From NCBI GenBank assembly GCA_029561455.1, contig JAKQIY010000076.1:5150-69149 (forward strand): a stretch of 64,000 nucleotides of DNA, in the 5' to 3' direction. Every line of letters begins with the position of its first letter. The stretch's first letter is position 1. Made by a program: the position numbers and the translations under genes. Below the pieces are notes generated by a model that saw only the letters and a list, made by a program, of their open reading frames with translations, had not been told where the DNA came from and did no database searches. This stretch comes from a bacterium (GTDB lineage: Bacteria > Zhuqueibacterota > Zhuqueibacteria > Residuimicrobiales > Krinioviventaceae). Of the stretch, positions 63,190 through 64,000 are shown piece after piece.

Positions 63190-64000
63190 TTAATTAAACA
63201 ACGGCGTTAATATTAAACTGGCCGGCGCAGCCGGCGGCGTTAAATCTGCCGTGCCGATTGGTTTATGCAATACAATATACATACTACCTGTAGTAGCCGA
63301 ATTGGAGCCCAGGTTGACAGTTCCCTGGGTAAAATCCTTGCTGAGCATTTCATATTCCACCCCTGTATCATCTATAATATACTCGCCGCTGGAAGTCCAT
63401 GAAGATAGCCAGGAGGGTTTAGCCGGTATACGGGTATCATAACCGACATATATTGTAGCGTCCTGGTTGATCGTATAAGATAAAAAGGGACTGCTATAAT
63501 TTTTTTTGTCCGAGTTGGCCGTTTTAATCCAGATAAGCCCCCTGTAATCCGGGGGAATATAATACAGAGTATAAGTACGGTCGGTATAGAATACGGAACC
63601 GGGTTTAACTGACCGATCGACTGTATAAGTTAATCCCGAGGTTGCGCTAATATTAGCAATTTGAAAACTACTATAATCAGTTATATCCAAACAGTCATCA
63701 CTGCCGGGCAAATTAACAAAAGATGAAGTATGGGTAGCAGGGACTGTGGTCTCTAAAATCTCCTGGCCGGGTTCGTCGCACCAATTATCAACACTGTTTG
63801 CAAAATTGGATATTGCCTGCAGGTATAATTGCTCAACAGGATCAACCCCCCAAATCGTCGCAATGCCGGCGGCTCCGTTTATTACCTCCGAACGCATAAA
63901 TTCCCAGTTATACGTCGGCTCTACCGTTTTGTCATTCCAAACGGCGGTATTACGATAAACGCCATCCATGCTCCAGTACACAAAAGGAATCCCATCACTT
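63190..64000 (-). CDS. Secreted protein, C-terminal part (5' end outside the window), with a CBM-like beta-sandwich
   Basis: The frame stays open to nt 64000 (SDGIPF precedes the track's GTG). The pattern YTVDRSVKPGSVFYTDRTYTLYYIPPDYRGLIWIKTANSDKK...IYVGYDTRIPAKPSWL recalls carbohydrate-binding modules. The tail is DLTPPAAPASLILTPLFN. Confidence 0.4.
   Translation of the reverse strand, partial: SDGIPFVYWSMDGVYRNTAVWNDKTVEPTYNWEFMRSEVINGAAGIATIWGVDPVEQLYLQAISNFANSVDNWCDEPGQEILETTVPATHTSSFVNLPGSDDCLDITDYSSFQIANISATSGLTYTVDRSVKPGSVFYTDRTYTLYYIPPDYRGLIWIKTANSDKKNYSSPFLSYTINQDATIYVGYDTRIPAKPSWLSSWTSSGEYIIDDTGVEYEMLSKDFTQGTVNLGSNSATTGSMYIVLHKPIGTADLTPPAAPASLILTPLFN

Noticed and set aside
1-64000. 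CRISPR arrays, tRNA/rRNA genes, and transposases, integrases or other mobile-element boundaries.
   Set aside because: I saw no regularly spaced direct repeats. No intergenic region is long or GC-rich enough for structured RNA genes. No ORF carries DDE, tyrosine-recombinase or serine-recombinase motifs. The locus looks chromosomal and uninterrupted.

Overview
The window holds 47 supportable CDS, 44 of them on the minus strand. I saw no rRNA, tRNA, CRISPR array, transposase or integrase. The source looks like a diderm bacterium of the FCB-type lineage. This is inferred from a T9SS-type C-terminal sorting domain (NYPNPFNP), a TonB receptor with a CarboxypepD_reg-type N-terminus, L-(S/T)-C lipoboxes, and clear Shine-Dalgarno sites; the taxonomy is inference only.

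The window falls into three blocks.

(i) 1-8.8 kb: a 5'-partial TonB-dependent receptor, two paralogous parvulin/SurA-like lipoproteins bracketing an XylR-type and a LacI-type regulator, and a lipoprotein with a lysine-rich tail.

(ii) 8.9-17.2 kb: one 2751-aa secreted protein. It has a signal peptide, two ConA/LamG-like modules, an Fn3 domain, about 15 Big_1-type Ig repeats (the first split by an inserted CBM-like domain), cadherin/PKD-like modules and a T9SS C-terminal domain.

(iii) 17.5-63 kb: an unusually dense glycan-assembly locus. It carries 19 glycosyltransferase-like genes:
- 6 GT4.
- 7 GT2, six of them of the polyprenyl-phosphate-sugar synthase (GtrB/ArnC/DPM1) type, one of which has lost its DxD motif.
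- 6 GT-C/ArnT/PMT-like multi-pass enzymes.

The same locus also encodes 2 Wzx-type flippases, 1 Wzy/O-antigen-ligase-like protein and 2 MprF-N-terminal-type 'flippase-like' proteins, each preceded by a GT2. It has an FkbH-ACP-epimerase-like trio, a CapK/F390-synthetase-like adenylating enzyme and an FAD oxidoreductase. There are three deacetylases (2 NodB, 1 YdjC/ChbG), several acyltransferases, and a secreted glycoside-hydrolase-like protein with a golvesin-like C-terminal domain. I found no priming phosphoglycosyltransferase, Wza/Wzc/Wzz export genes or nucleotide-sugar synthesis genes in the window.

The most interesting hypothesis is a multi-module, Arn/PMT-like extracytoplasmic glycosylation system (six lipid-sugar synthase and GT-C pairings) lying directly upstream of, and co-oriented with, the giant T9SS adhesin. 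All family calls rest on motifs read by eye. No searches were run.
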